Of a stretch of DNA of 64,000 nucleotides, positions 1 to 11,787 are shown one piece after another. Within the stretch, counting starts at the first letter, position 1. Every line of letters begins with the position of its first letter. This DNA is from a virus. Lineage: Duplodnaviria > Caudoviricetes. The notes below the pieces were generated by a model. It was not told the origin of the DNA. It searched no databases and worked only from the letters and a program-made list of their open reading frames with translations. The translations under genes were made by a program, and so were the position numbers. The stretch spans positions 64,001-128,000 of IMG/VR virus record IMGVR_UViG_3300031994_000011. The stretch is one strand, 5' to 3'.

Positions 1-255
1 AAACATCTTTATGATGCTGCTATTGTTGCTGTTAATGCTGCGGAAGCTATTTATGGTCGCTATAATGGTTCACAAAAATTAAAGGCAGCGTTAGAATCTC
101 TAAGACAAAAAGGTTTTAATGTTAACTCTACTCAAGTTGCTGAAGCTGTCGAAGCCGCGTGGAAACAGCTAGATCAAGCCATGCACATGAGCGGTGAAAA
201 ATATGAAGATGAAGAGGAAGAGGAAGAAGAGCAAGAATAGGCTGTAGAAGAGTAA
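1..255 (+). CDS. Holin (LL-H-like), 3' part; one in-frame TAG at 238
   Basis: Frame 1 reads ..AVNAAEAIYGRYNGSQKLKAALESLRQKG..EAVEAAWKQL, then an acidic tail EEEEEEQE*AVEE ending in TAA 253-255. The pattern AV.AAE..G.G..K...IEAAV is typical of LL-H holins. Confidence 0.65.
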
Positions 256-258
256 TCT

Positions 259-287
259 TTGACTTTTTTCTTATTTTATAGTATAAT
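259..287 (+). promoter_or_regulatory. SigA/sigma70-type promoter
   Basis: TTGACT(259)-N17-TATAAT(282). Confidence 0.75.
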
Positions 288-310
288 AAAATAAGAGAAA
301 GGAAGGAAAT

Positions 311-808
311 ATGGAACAAAGACAAGGATTAATACCTATTGAAATCTATACAGATGGCTCATCAAAAAATATTAAAGGAACACGTTTCGGTGGATGGGCC
401 TATATTGTAGTAAAAGATGGACAAGAAGTATTACATGTGGCGGACGGAGAAAATCTTGCTACCAATCAAAAAATGGAACTTGTAGCAATTATGAATGCAT
501 TAAAATACGCAGCCTCCGTTCGCCAACCTTATGAACATGTAATGATTTACAGCGATTCAGCTTACGCTATAAATTGTTATAAAAATCAATGGTATTTGAA
601 TTGGCAATCTAATGGATGGCGAAATGCTAAAAATCAAGATGTAGCAAATAAAGAAATTTGGTATGAAATAGTACCTTTTTTTGAAAATCCTTGGTATGCT
701 TTTTATAAAGTAGAAGGACACAATGGTGTCTTTTGGAATGAAAAATGCGATAAACTTGCTCAACGAGAAGCAGAGAGATTAAAATTAAAATGGCGAGGTT
801 TCACATGA
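311..808 (+). CDS. rnhA: Ribonuclease HI
   Basis: IYTDGS, TNQKMEL, YSDSAY, KVEGH, NEKCDKLA motifs. Confidence 0.93.
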   Translation: MEQRQGLIPIEIYTDGSSKNIKGTRFGGWAYIVVKDGQEVLHVADGENLATNQKMELVAIMNALKYAASVRQPYEHVMIYSDSAYAINCYKNQWYLNWQSNGWRNAKNQDVANKEIWYEIVPFFENPWYAFYKVEGHNGVFWNEKCDKLAQREAERLKLKWRGFT

Positions 809-1131
809 ATAATGATATTTATGAAGTAACACGAGATGATTATGTTGGCTTTCTTTGGCAAATAAAAAAAGAAGCTATGAGAGTAGAAGAAGAAAATTCA
901 AATGACTTTCATTTTGTTAAAACTTATAGTGTAAATACTGGTAATTATCTTTGTATGCGCATGATACCTTCTAAAGATAATGAAACAGATATTGAACATT
1001 ACTATATTTTTAATATGCCAGAAGATAGTGAAAGGCAACCACCAAAACCAGTAAGAAAAATTGTACTTGAAACTAAAGAAGAAGTACAAGAATTTTTTAA
1101 TATTTTAAGCAAAGTTAATAATAAAAAATAA
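805..1131 (+). CDS. Hypothetical protein
   Basis: ATG overlaps the rnhA TGA (ATGA); open 108-codon frame. Confidence 0.7.
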   Translation: MNNDIYEVTRDDYVGFLWQIKKEAMRVEEENSNDFHFVKTYSVNTGNYLCMRMIPSKDNETDIEHYYIFNMPEDSERQPPKPVRKIVLETKEEVQEFFNILSKVNNKK

Positions 1132-1155
1132 CCATATAATAAATGTGGTGATATT

Positions 1156-3555
1156 ATGGGTAGAGGTAGTTTTAGAAAAAATTTTTTTGATGAAGATAAT
1201 ATAAGTGTTGGAAAAAGATATGTTTTTTTTCAAAGTTTAGGCACACCTGGTCCTGGATATAAAAAAACTTCACCAATATATTTTATATTAAGAGGATTAG
1301 GAGAAAGCTATGTCTCACAAGCCGCTGCCGCATTGGGCAAAGTTTCTTCTAAATAGTAGATGAATAATTAGCAAATAAAGAAAATAGAAACATATATACA
1401 AGTTATTGGATAGGCAGCAACAAATTAGTTTAACTCTTAGCATCAATTTTTATAGCATATGCTTGAATATAGCTAGAAGGATTAGAGTATTAAAATGTTC
1501 TTTTAGCAACATAGAGATTTATTAGACCCAGATTCAAAAAATTTTAATTATACTGTCTTTATAAAATTACTTAATGAAGAAATATCATAGTTCAAAAATT
1601 TTCAGCAATAGAGACAAAGAGTATTATTAGAAAATGCTCGATTTATAGAAAAAAAAATAGAATAGTTATCAAGATAGGACCCTGAAGCTGCGGAAGAAAT
1701 TGAAAGAGCATTTTATGAATAGGATTATAAAGTTTATGAAAAAAAATTAGATGAATATGATATTTTAAAAAAAATATCTGAGGATGATAAATTTCAAAAG
1801 GATTATATAGGATTATTACGTGATAAAATTATGACTATAATGGGACAATTTAGCCGATCAATAGGAGATAAACAAATAAAAGAAAAACTATAGCAAGGTG
1901 TTAGACAATATGGTCTAAGTGGTTCTGAAGATAATTTAGCTAATGAAGTGTTAACATTATTAATTAATTATCTTCTTAATAATGCTAATTTTTAGCAACT
2001 TCAAAATGAAACCGCTGGCGCAATTAAAAAGAATTTTTTAGATTCATTAGATTCTAAGCCTGGCCATGAAATTTCTCTTGGACCTAATAATTTAAAAAAT
2101 ATACAAAACGCAGTTGGGAGAAAAGCCGTTAAATCAATAGAAGAATTATCAATTTCAATTGGAAAAAACATTGGTGAAGCTTTTATATCTTTATCTCAAT
2201 AGGCTAGAAATACAATTATTGGGCAATATGAAGTACAAAATGAACTTAATAAAATACTTAGAAATGTTACAGATATGACACAAATAACCGCAGCACAAAA
2301 AGGACAAATAACTAAACTTTTTAATCAAAAGATTGCCGAAAGGTTACAAGAAAAAAATATTAAATTAAAAGATCTTGATAGGCAACAAAGACAGGCTTTA
2401 ATCAAACAATTTGAAAAATAGCAGCCTGATTTTTTTTCTCCAACAGAAATTGAAAATAGTCTGCGTAATAGTTTTAAAGTATCAGTACAAGGCGGCTCTT
2501 TAGCTGAAATTGTATAGGCCATGATAATTAACGCTATTGGTGGAGCCTTACAAGGGGGAAATATGACGGCTACTGTACATGGCGCCAAAACAAATGTAAA
2601 GACTGATATAACTTTTAATTATGAACTTCCTTCGTCTTTAAAAATTAAAGATGAAACCTTACGTCATCATGCAAAAAGAATTGTTGACGACGCAAGAGTG
2701 AATTTCGTTTCAAATTATAAAGATAGAATACTTGAATATAATAATGGTAGTACTAGTGTAGCTGAAGCTAGCACAGCTTATTTAGATACTCTTAGGCAAG
2801 CAAGTAAAGAGCTTGAACAAGTTGCTATGAATTTAGGAAAAAGTGGAAAATAGGTCCCAGAAACTGTTGCACAAGCTTTTTCTAGTTTTCTTGGAGGAAA
2901 TATATCTGTAAAATAGTACGTAAAAAGTGGAAATTTAGGATTTCATGGAGGCTCTCTTGGTGGTAATGGCGCACCAGATGAAGTATTAGAAAATATAACT
3001 GAAATGTATACCTTAGGTGGAATTAGTCCAATAGATAAAGATACTTTATATTTTGCTGTAATTAACTGTGGAGCAGATGCTCTTGGAGCAGGATTAAAAT
3101 CTTCCATACAGGATTATCTTTTAGGTGGAGCGGCTTTAATGATGTTTGACGATGGATTTACAGCAACAAATAATTACTTGGAAACAATGAGAACTGCTTT
3201 AGGCTTTTCTGCTGCCCCAGGATTACATTTATTTGCTGTAAATGGTAGATTAATTCCAGCTTCATATGTATATTCTTCTATTTATAATGCTTTATCACAA
3301 GCTTATGCTCATATTATAGAAGAAGTACAAATAACATTTAAGTCACAAGCTTCTTCAATAAATAAAGTTACTATAACAAATAGTATTTCTTAGGAAGGAA
3401 ATAAACCTAGTTACTTAAGTATGCCCGCCGCGCAAGACAGATGGAATAAAGTCGCTGAAGATGCTCAAAATTCTATAAATATTTCTTTTTCGTTTTTAGG
3501 TGGAATATTAGATATTTTTGAAGGTATTGATAAAGCATTTGACAGTTTTGCCTAA
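1156..3555 (+). CDS. Large hypothetical protein (799 aa, 23 in-frame TAG)
   Basis: I read frame 1 codon by codon across the gaps between track fragments: no TAA/TGA from ATG 1156 to TAA 3553. Joins fragments 1156, 2521 and 3004. Confidence 0.85.
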
Positions 3556-3567
3556 ATATGATATAAT
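3539..3567 (+). promoter_or_regulatory. SigA-type promoter with extended -10
   Basis: TTGACA(3539)-N17-TATAAT(3562), with TG upstream of the -10. Confidence 0.75.
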
Positions 3568-3586
3568 AAATATAATTGGAGGATAT

Positions 3587-4141
3587 ATGAAAGTAATTTT
3601 AATCAGTGGAAAAAGTGGTTCTGGAAAAGATACTATAGCTTCTTTTCTTAAAAAAATTTATTAGCAAAAAAATAAAAAAGTGATAATTATTCATTTTGCT
3701 GATATGGTAAAAGAATATGCTAAATTATATTATAATTGGAATGGTGAAAAAGATGTGGCTGGGCGACAGCTTCTTCAACAGCTCGGTACAAATACAGTGC
3801 GCGCGGCCTACCCTAATTATTGGGCTGAACTTGTAGCTAAATTTTTAAATGCCGCAGGAAGAAAAAATCATTTTGATATTGCTTTAATCCCAGATTTACG
3901 TTTCTTAAATGAATATTTAATAGTTAAAAAGTACAATAAAGATTGTACTACAATTCGTATAAATAAAATCAATGATGACGGTACTTATATACTTAATAAA
4001 GCTTTTACTCAAGAACAAAATAATCATCCAAGTGAATGCGATTTAGATGACTATAATTTTGATATTATGGTTAATAATAATGGAACACTTGAAGATTTAG
4101 AACAAAGTGCTCAAGAAATTATTAAAGAATATTTAAATTAA
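3587..4141 (+). CDS. Deoxynucleoside monophosphate kinase (one TAG at 3662)
   Basis: The P-loop MKVILISGKSGSGKDT lies upstream of the TAG; downstream are HFAD, RQLLQQLGT, DLRFLNE and HPSE motifs. Confidence 0.88.
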
Positions 4142-4150
4142 GGAGATAAT

Positions 4151-5341
4151 ATGGAACTTTTAAGGAAACTTGATGTTGAAAAGTATTGGTCTTTTCCGAC
4201 TTCATATAGTCAAGAAAAACGAGAAAATGAAATTAAAGCTATGATAATGGATGGTCGTCATTATTATCAATTAAAAACCGACGGTAATTATAGTGCTTTT
4301 GTATGTGATTTTGATGGAGAAAAGCATATTATTAGCAGAGGAAAATCTACTGTTACTGATGAATATTGCCTTCTTGAAGATAGACTATTTTTCTTTAACG
4401 CTGTAGCAAAAGTATTTGATAAACCTACTAGATTGATGGGTGAAATCTATTATGACGGTGGAATTGATCGTCAGGTAGGCTCTGTATTGCGCGCGCTACC
4501 AGAGAAGTCCAAAAGTATTCAAGATAGAGATTATTATCTTGAAGCGCAAAAGAAAGTAAAATTCACCGCTAAAGACAAACGAGATATTGAAAATAATGAA
4601 TTTTTTAATCAAAAGTTAAAGTGGAGAATTTTTGACTGCTGGTACTATGATGGTGAAAGCCTCATGAAAACTCCTTGGATTGAACGTCAAAAATATGTTA
4701 AAATGGCCGCCGAACGTATAAATCATCCATTAGTTTCATATGTTCCATATTATCCAATGGATAATAATTTTTATGATAATCTTGCTAAGATTTTTGAAAA
4801 CGGCGGTGAAGGAGTAGTTTGCTATCTTGATAGCGGCATTCCAGAACCTTCTAAAAGAACAGCACATAAAACTCTTAAAGTTAAACGAGAAGTAGAACAT
4901 CTTTTGGATGTAGTCTTTACTGGTCTTGATGAATGTAAAAAGAATTATGATGGAAAAGAGCTATCTTCTTGGCCTTATTGGGAGAACACTAGAACTGGTG
5001 AAAAAATTCAAGGACAATTTTTTGGAGAATTTCAGAATGGCGGCTCTTATATTCCAGTAACTCGTAATTATTTTTATAATTGGCCAGGCGCGGTATTTTG
5101 TAGCGCTTATGATGATAATGGAGAATTAGTTCCTATCTGTAAAGTCTCTAACCTAACAGATGAATTAAAAACTTCATTAAGAGATAGTTTTTCTACAGAA
5201 TGGATGCTTTGTCCCGCAACTATTGGCGGCATGGCGTTAAGTGATGCTAATGGTCTTTCTGTTAGACATCCTTATTTAAAATCTATTCGTAAAAATGATC
5301 TTGATCCAAAAGATTGTACTTTAAAGAAAATACTATCATAA
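4151..5341 (+). CDS. ATP-dependent DNA ligase
   Basis: KTDG adenylation motif, GEIY, IFD, GEGVV, KVK, RHP. Confidence 0.85.
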   Translation: MELLRKLDVEKYWSFPTSYSQEKRENEIKAMIMDGRHYYQLKTDGNYSAFVCDFDGEKHIISRGKSTVTDEYCLLEDRLFFFNAVAKVFDKPTRLMGEIYYDGGIDRQVGSVLRALPEKSKSIQDRDYYLEAQKKVKFTAKDKRDIENNEFFNQKLKWRIFDCWYYDGESLMKTPWIERQKYVKMAAERINHPLVSYVPYYPMDNNFYDNLAKIFENGGEGVVCYLDSGIPEPSKRTAHKTLKVKREVEHLLDVVFTGLDECKKNYDGKELSSWPYWENTRTGEKIQGQFFGEFQNGGSYIPVTRNYFYNWPGAVFCSAYDDNGELVPICKVSNLTDELKTSLRDSFSTEWMLCPATIGGMALSDANGLSVRHPYLKSIRKNDLDPKDCTLKKILS

Positions 5342-5369
5342 GTTATTGAAAAATAACGAGGAGCTATAT

Positions 5370-5981
5370 ATGGATTTAGATTTTTTAACTATACCTGAAT
5401 AGGTTAGTAGTTTAGACCCTGTAAAATTTCAATATTTTAATCAACTTTTTAATCATAGAACAATCATATTAAATCAAGAAATTAGCTAGAATCTCGTATA
5501 GACTGTTTATCTTCCTTTACGAGAATTTGAAACTGATTCTTGTACCGAGCCTATAACTTTAATATTAAATTCTATGGGAGGGTCCGTTTCTGACGGATTC
5601 TTTCTTGCTCATTATTTAACTACTTATTCAAAAGAACTAAATATTATAGTTACAGGTTGCGCGGCCAGTATGGGCGCTGTAATACTCTGCGGAGGTGGAA
5701 AAAATCCTAATGTTCATAGAATGTGCTTCCCAAGTACATATGGACTAATTCATGACGGGTATATTACATTATCTACTAATGAATCTAAAACTGCTTCAGA
5801 TATTATGGCATTTAATGATAAAGTTGATCTCCAAATTAGAGATTTTATTTTAAGTAACACAAATATTACAGCTGAGCAATACGATGCTCAAACACGCCAC
5901 CAATGGTTTCTGACAGCAGAAGAAATGAAAGAATTAAATCTGATTGATGAAATTATTGGAAGTGATAATAATGATAATTAA
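5370..5981 (+). CDS. ClpP-family protease (TAG at 5400, 5487, 5499)
   Basis: RTIILNQEIS*NLV*TVYLPL, LNSMGGSV, AASMG (catalytic Ser), LIH, WFLTAEE; GAGGAG RBS before ATG 5370. Confidence 0.88.
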
Positions 5982-7212
5982 TTTTTTAGATACCTCCGCT
6001 ATTTTAAATGGCGCGCTAACTACATATAAAAAAGATGCTTGTATAAGTTCTATTTCTTTAATGTAGTTATAGAATATAAAAACATCTGCTTTTAAAGACA
6101 ATCAAATTAAGTATCAAGCTAGATAGGCAGTTAGAGAAATCATTGATAATAATAATAATTTCTTTTTTCCTTCTTTCTCTCAAAGATAGATAGAAAAAAC
6201 TTTAAAAAAGTATAATTTTTTATCTAATATAAATGATCATTACATAATTTGTTAGGCCGCACTAATGGCAAAAAGTAGCGCATATTAGGTAAATTTTATT
6301 ACTTGCGATGGCGCGCAATACTTACTAGCAAAAAGAATACCTTCTTTAAATTCAATATATTATGATAAGATATTACTTGATAATTATGAAAATAATTAGT
6401 ATTGTGGCTGGGGTAAATATTATCCTAATGAAAAACAATTATAGGCGCTATATGCCGATCCTAAAATGAATATTTTAAATTGTAAAACCAATGAATATGC
6501 TTAGATTTATTATTAGAATAAATTACAAGATGTTCTTAGATGGTCTGGAAAAGAATACGAACCGTTAAAATATAAGGACATTAAGAGTCGTTTTTTAAAT
6601 GAAACAATTAAGCCATTAAATTTGTAGCAAAAAATGGCTTTTGATTTATTACAAAATAATTAGATTCCTGTAAAATTATTGCCAGGCGCAGTAGGAACAG
6701 GTAAAGATTATCTTATGCTTACTCACGCGCTTGATTTGGTTCAAAGAGGAACTATGAATAAAATTATTTTTGTAAGAAACCTTGTTCCTTTTAAAGATGC
6801 ACCATAGATAGGATATCTTGCTGGTAATTTACAAGAAAAAATTGCTTGGGGCATGGGGCCGCTAGCATCAATTCTTGGTGCTGCAGGATTATAGGAAATG
6901 TAGGCTCAGGATATGATTGAAGCAGTAAACCTTGGCTTTATCAGAGGTATGTCATGGGATAAAACAATTATATATGTTTCTTAGGGTCAAAATATAACTG
7001 GCGGCGGCTACAAGTTATTAGTCAGCAGATGCGGAGAAGGAAGTCAATTATGGGTAAATGGCGATATTCTTCAAACAGATGCTAAACGTTTTTAGGAAAA
7101 TAATGGTATTGATAGATTAATTAAATCACTTAGTGGCGATCCACTATTTGGAATGGTTAAATTAATAAAAACAGAACGTTCTAAAACAGCAGAACTAGCT
7201 TCTAAAATTTAA
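5971..7212 (+). CDS. phoH: PIN-PhoH protein (about 17 in-frame TAG; missing from the ORF track)
   Basis: PIN start FLDTSA..LM*L*NIK; KPLNL*QKMAFDLL; Walker A GAVGTGKD; AP*IGYLAG; FIRGMS; IYVS*GQN; SRCGEGS; NGDILQTD; ERSKTA. Confidence 0.92.
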
Positions 7213-7216
7213 TAAT

Positions 7217-7273
7217 GTGGGCGGGAAACCGCCCACTTTTATTTTTGACTTTTTTTAAAATTCATGATATAAT
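7217..7273 (+). terminator. Intrinsic terminator fused to the next promoter
   Basis: GTGGGCGG-GAAA-CCGCCCAC followed by a T-tract running into TTGACT(7245)-N17-TATAAT(7268). Confidence 0.85.
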
Positions 7274-7294
7274 AAAAGAAAAAAGGAGGAAAAT

Positions 7295-7600
7295 ATGGAA
7301 GAGAACTTTGAAGCCTTGAAAAAAAGATATTGGATATTTTTTAATTTCGCTGAATTTGATAATAATGTAGAAAATTTTGCTAAAGATATATATGAAGATA
7401 TAAAAAATAATATTACATTAGTCGCAGCATTTGTAACGGTCCTTAATCATAAATGCTGGTATTGGTATGATAAGGGAAATGATGAATTATCATCAAAATA
7501 CTCAGATTTATATTATAAATATAATGATAAAGCTTGGGACTGGTTGGAAGAGCAAGGAACCGACGAAGAAAAAAGTTGGTACTTTAAAACAATGGATTAA
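7295..7600 (+). CDS. Hypothetical protein
   Basis: AGGAGG RBS, open frame. Confidence 0.75.
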   Translation: MEENFEALKKRYWIFFNFAEFDNNVENFAKDIYEDIKNNITLVAAFVTVLNHKCWYWYDKGNDELSSKYSDLYYKYNDKAWDWLEEQGTDEEKSWYFKTMD

Positions 7601-7613
7601 AGGAGAATAAAAT

Positions 7614-8135
7614 ATGAAAATTTATTTAGCAGGTAGTATATTTTATTATGGAGATGTATTACGAAATACAGAATGGGCTAAAAAAATTCGTGAAGCGATT
7701 CCAAATGTAAACTTATATAGTCCAATTGAAAATACTGAAATTAACGGAGCCGAGGGAAAAAAGAAATTTGCCGGCTCACAAGAGATTGCTAATGGAGATA
7801 ATGTTCGTTTAAACAATACTGATATTTTAGTTGCTTGTATTGATGGAGATATTCTTCCGGCAGGAACTTGCGCCGAAATTGGTAAATTTCATGAAAAAAT
7901 TGAACGTGGTGATCATAAATATATTGTTGGTATTTGTACCGATAATCGCCAAATGTACTTAACTTATAGTGAAGAAAAAAATAAAGGCGGTGCTGCTTCT
8001 CTTGGAGAACAACAATATAGTTATCAGAATCTTTACGTTACTGGTTTAATTAAACAAGGCGGCATTTTAGTATCTAATATTGATGATGCTATTTCTTTTA
8101 TAAAAGAAAAAGAAAAGGAGTATAAAGATGAATAA
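7614..8135 (+). CDS. Nucleoside 2-deoxyribosyltransferase-family protein
   Basis: KIYLAG, YSP, D..RL, GTCAEIG. Confidence 0.85.
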   Translation: MKIYLAGSIFYYGDVLRNTEWAKKIREAIPNVNLYSPIENTEINGAEGKKKFAGSQEIANGDNVRLNNTDILVACIDGDILPAGTCAEIGKFHEKIERGDHKYIVGICTDNRQMYLTYSEEKNKGGAASLGEQQYSYQNLYVTGLIKQGGILVSNIDDAISFIKEKEKEYKDE

Positions 8136-8340
8136 AATTATTCATTTCTTCTATTCGCTATATAATCCTTATCCTTGCGGCCGCACTAAAGTTGATAGTT
8201 ATTTATGTTGTAAACGAAAAATGAATAGATGGAATTCTTATCTAACCAAAGATAAAAGAAAATGTTATTGTCGTTTTTGTAATACCATAAAATTTTCAAG
8301 TACTCATCCAATTGATTTTAAACAACCACATAAATGGTAA
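8128..8340 (+). CDS. Small Cys-rich hypothetical protein
   Basis: AGGAG RBS, overlaps the upstream stop. Confidence 0.55.
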   Translation: MNKIIHFFYSLYNPYPCGRTKVDSYLCCKRKMNRWNSYLTKDKRKCYCRFCNTIKFSSTHPIDFKQPHKW

Positions 8341-8354
8341 GGAGGAATATAAAA

Positions 8355-8546
8355 ATGAGTGAAAATTCCTTATGTAATACTTGTGGAAATTTTCATTGTA
8401 TATTTCAATCAGGCATTAACTACGTTAAATGTGACTTTTATATACCTAAAACTTATGAAGAAATATACATAAAATTTATTGATACTGCTGGCAATTTTCA
8501 TTGGATAGGAACTAAAGGTGAACATATAATAAAGCTCTCTTTATAA
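8355..8546 (+). CDS. Small hypothetical protein
   Basis: AGGAGG RBS, CxxC. Confidence 0.6.
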   Translation: MSENSLCNTCGNFHCIFQSGINYVKCDFYIPKTYEEIYIKFIDTAGNFHWIGTKGEHIIKLSL

Positions 8547-8574
8547 ATATTTAAAAGAATTGGTGGAGAAAAAG

Positions 8575-8811
8575 ATGACAAATCCTAGTAAACCAATTGT
8601 TCAATTAAAAGATAATAAAATTATAGCAATATATAATTCTGCTTATGACGCCGCAAAAATAACTAATTTATCATATAATCATATACAAAAAGCTTGCCAT
8701 AATAAACGTGGTGGCGCAGGCGGCTATAAATGGAGATATGCCACTTTAGAAGAAATTGAATAGTATAATAAAGTTTATTATATAAAAGGAGGAAAAAATC
8801 ATGAATTTTAA
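8575..8811 (+). CDS. NUMOD1-like DNA-binding protein (reads through TAG 8761)
   Basis: SKPIVQL..YNSAYDAAK..IQKAC..AGGYKWRY; the next non-TAG stop is TAA 8809. Confidence 0.65.
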
Positions 8812-9163
8812 TCAAATTTCAACTGGCGGACCAGAAGATATGCCAAAATCAACAACTACTTGGACAATAAATAATGATTATTTATTTACGCCTCAAGGAT
8901 GGATTTGTCCTAAATGTGGAAGAGTATATTCACCTACGACAGAAATGTGTTTTTACTGCGGCAATGAAACAAATCAAATTACTGTAAGCGATAAAACTTT
9001 TCCAGATGATTGGTTTATTTATCATGTTACAGACCCTCTAAAAGAACCAGAAGTTCATTTAGATAAAGATTGGAAGAATAAAGAATTTTATGTTGATTAT
9101 GAGTCTCTACCATATTATAATGATGATAATTTTTATAAATTTTATTTAAATCATAATATATAA
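8801..9163 (+). CDS. Hypothetical protein with zinc ribbon
   Basis: GWICPKCGRVYSP..CFYC. Confidence 0.7.
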   Translation: MNFNQISTGGPEDMPKSTTTWTINNDYLFTPQGWICPKCGRVYSPTTEMCFYCGNETNQITVSDKTFPDDWFIYHVTDPLKEPEVHLDKDWKNKEFYVDYESLPYYNDDNFYKFYLNHNI

Positions 9164-9174
9164 AGGAGCATAAA

Positions 9175-9363
9175 ATGAGAAATCCCGGACGTATTAAAAT
9201 TATTTGTGAACAGCTTGCTTCTATATGGCAGGAAATCCCTGATTGGCGACTTGCTCAACTTATGAGTAATATATTTGCTACAAAAGATTGCTTCTATATG
9301 GAAGATAAAGAGTTCATTGAGTATATACAAAAATATATAAAAGAGGTAAAATATGGAGAATAA
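9175..9363 (+). CDS. Conserved small phage protein
   Basis: MRNPGRI..W..PDWRLAQL. Confidence 0.7.
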   Translation: MRNPGRIKIICEQLASIWQEIPDWRLAQLMSNIFATKDCFYMEDKEFIEYIQKYIKEVKYGE

Positions 9364-10633
9364 TTTAATTTATGGTATTAAAGATAAACCAAAAACAGTA
9401 AAATAGTGGATTCTATATCCACTACAACAAGTCTTTTCTGTATTAACAGCAACATTATTGATTTCAACAGTATGCGGCGCGCCGCTAAGTAGTGGAGTTT
9501 TTGCTGCTGGTATTGGAACATTAGTATATCTTATTTTTACAGGCTTTAATAGCCCAATGTTTGTTTCAAATGCGGGCGCTACTTGCTCAGCAGTTATTGC
9601 CTCGCTAGCCCTAAGTGGCGGAAACACTGTAGCAGTTATAGTTGGTGGAAGTGTAACTGCGCTACTTTATTGTATAATTGCGCTAGGAATAAAGCTAAAA
9701 GGAACTTCTTGGTTGAATAAAATATTTTCAACTTATACTATTGGCGCAATTATTATGGTAATTGGCATTAACTTATCTAAATTTGCAGTATCATATGTTC
9801 AAGTAAATAATGAATATAGCTTAGTTGGCATGTTAGTCGCTATCTTTGTTATGTTTGTAACAGCTATTACAGCACGATATGGAAAAGGTTTTATTAAAAC
9901 AATTCCTTTCCTTATTGGACTTTTAGGTGGATATGTACTATGTCTTGTTCTAGAACTGTTTAACATTCACCTACTAAACTTTTCAGCTTTTGATAATTTA
10001 ACTCTATTCTCAGTTCCACATTTTGCCTTCTATGACGCCAATTTTTCTAACTTTAATTGGATGTTAGTTCCTCAAATCATTGTTATTTGGGTAGCAACTT
10101 CTATTCCAATGCTATTAGAGCATCTTGGCGATCATAAAAGTCTAAGTAGCGTTATTGGAACAGACCTCACTCAAAATCCTGGTATTCATAGAACATTAGT
10201 TTCTGATGGCCTCGCGTCTCTTATTGGATGTATTTTTGGAAAAACTCCCAATACTAGCTATGGAGAAAGTATTAGCTGTACAGCTGTAAGTAGAGTCGGC
10301 AGTAGTTATGTTATTGTTACCGCAGCTGGCATTATGATTTTAGCCTCATTCTTTACTCCTCTTATGGCCTTCTTTGAAAGTATTAGTTCTGTAATCTTTG
10401 GCGGAATTAGTTTTATCGCCTATGGTATGATTGCTTTCTCTGGTCTTAACATGCTTATTAACAGTGGAATAAATTATAAAGATACTTCAAAAGTAATGGT
10501 TGTATGCGCTATTCTCACTACTGGTATAAGCGGCGTTGAGCTACAGCTTGGTCCAATTGTATTCAGTGGAGTTAGTCTAGCAATGCTAGTTGGTTTAATT
10601 ATGGATTTAGTTTTAAATTATAAAAAGAATTGA
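9353..10633 (+). CDS. NCS2-family uracil/xanthine permease (TAG at 9404)
   Basis: Start MENNLIYGIKDKP..LQQ, many TM segments, EHLGD, signature PNTSYGES. Confidence 0.88.
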
Positions 10634-10641
10634 GGTATAAA

Positions 10642-11352
10642 ATGACATATCAAGGTTCAAAGGCTAAATATTCAAAATATATTTGTCCAATATTACAAAA
10701 TTATATTGATAAAAATAATATTGAAACTTTTGTAGATTGCTTTGTTGGCGGGGCAAATATAATCACTGATATTAAATGTAAAAACAGAATTGGTATAGAC
10801 AATAATCAATATTTAATTGCTTTATGGAAATACTTACAAAATAATCCAGATTATGAGTTCCCAGTATATCCATCAAGATAGGATTGGGATAGATGTAAAA
10901 ATAAAATAGAAGAAAAAGATTGGTATATTGGATTAGTATCAATTTTTTGTAGCAATATGGCTGGTGGATTTCCAGCAGGTTATGATAAAATGGGACTTAG
11001 ATATAATGGTAGAATTAAAAATTGTAAAAAAGATTTACCATTTTTAAAAGGTGTTAATTTTATCTGCGATGACTATCATAGTATATCAAACTATACAAAC
11101 TGTTTAATTTATTGTGACCCGCCATATAGCAATACGCATAGATATAATTATCAAAAATTTGATAGTAATGAATTTTGGAATTTTATAAGAGAACAATCTA
11201 GCAAAAATTATATTTTTGTAAGTGAACAAAACGCTCCTGAAGATTTTATTTCTATATGGAGTAAAGATATTGAACACAATATTCGTGGAGCAAAAAGAAT
11301 TGCAACTGAACGTTTATTTGTATTTAATAATGGTCTTATAAAAAATTATTAA
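10642..11352 (+). CDS. D12-class DNA adenine methyltransferase (TAG at 10879)
   Basis: YQGSK, DCFVGGAN (SAM-binding) and YCDPPY are in one frame, joined across the TAG. Confidence 0.88.
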
Positions 11353-11412
11353 GAAATATGCCTATCGCAAGATAGGATTATTTCTTTTTATTAAAGGAGT
11401 GTCTAATAAGTC

Positions 11413-11592
11413 ATGATACAAGAAATAATAGATAGATATTATAATTTTATAAAACATAAAGGATGGACTTATGAAACCGCAGCTGAAAAAATAGAATGTA
11501 GTCGTACACATTTAGGCCGTGTATTTAATGGACGACGTGCTCCATCTATGACATTACTTATGAAAATGGAAGAGGTTATGAAAAATGGATGA
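11413..11592 (+). CDS. XRE-type HTH protein (59 aa, below the track cutoff)
   Basis: GWTYETAAEKIECSRTHLGRVFNGRRAPS. Confidence 0.75.
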   Translation: MIQEIIDRYYNFIKHKGWTYETAAEKIECSRTHLGRVFNGRRAPSMTLLMKMEEVMKNG

Positions 11593-11773
11593 AATTAAAA
11601 CTTATTGTGTATATACACGTTGGCTAGCATTAGAATTACGTAAACAAGGATTTAAAATTATTAAAACAGGTATAAATGAATATCATCCACAATTTGATGT
11701 ATGGTTTTTTGAAGATACCAAAGAATTACAGGCCGCTATATCAGCATTAAATAAACAACGTAAACGCGGCTGA
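11585..11773 (+). CDS. Small hypothetical protein (DUF5659-like)
   Basis: VYTRWLA..L..GF..N..P..VWFFE. Confidence 0.6.
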   Translation: MDEIKTYCVYTRWLALELRKQGFKIIKTGINEYHPQFDVWFFEDTKELQAAISALNKQRKRG

Positions 11774-11787
11774 GGAGGAACCTAAGT

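Noticed and set aside
1156-7212. Systematic G>T sequencing or oxidation artefact
   Set aside because: Such errors would also turn GAA into TAA and GGA into TGA, and would hit replication genes. Neither is seen. A read-level check is still advisable.
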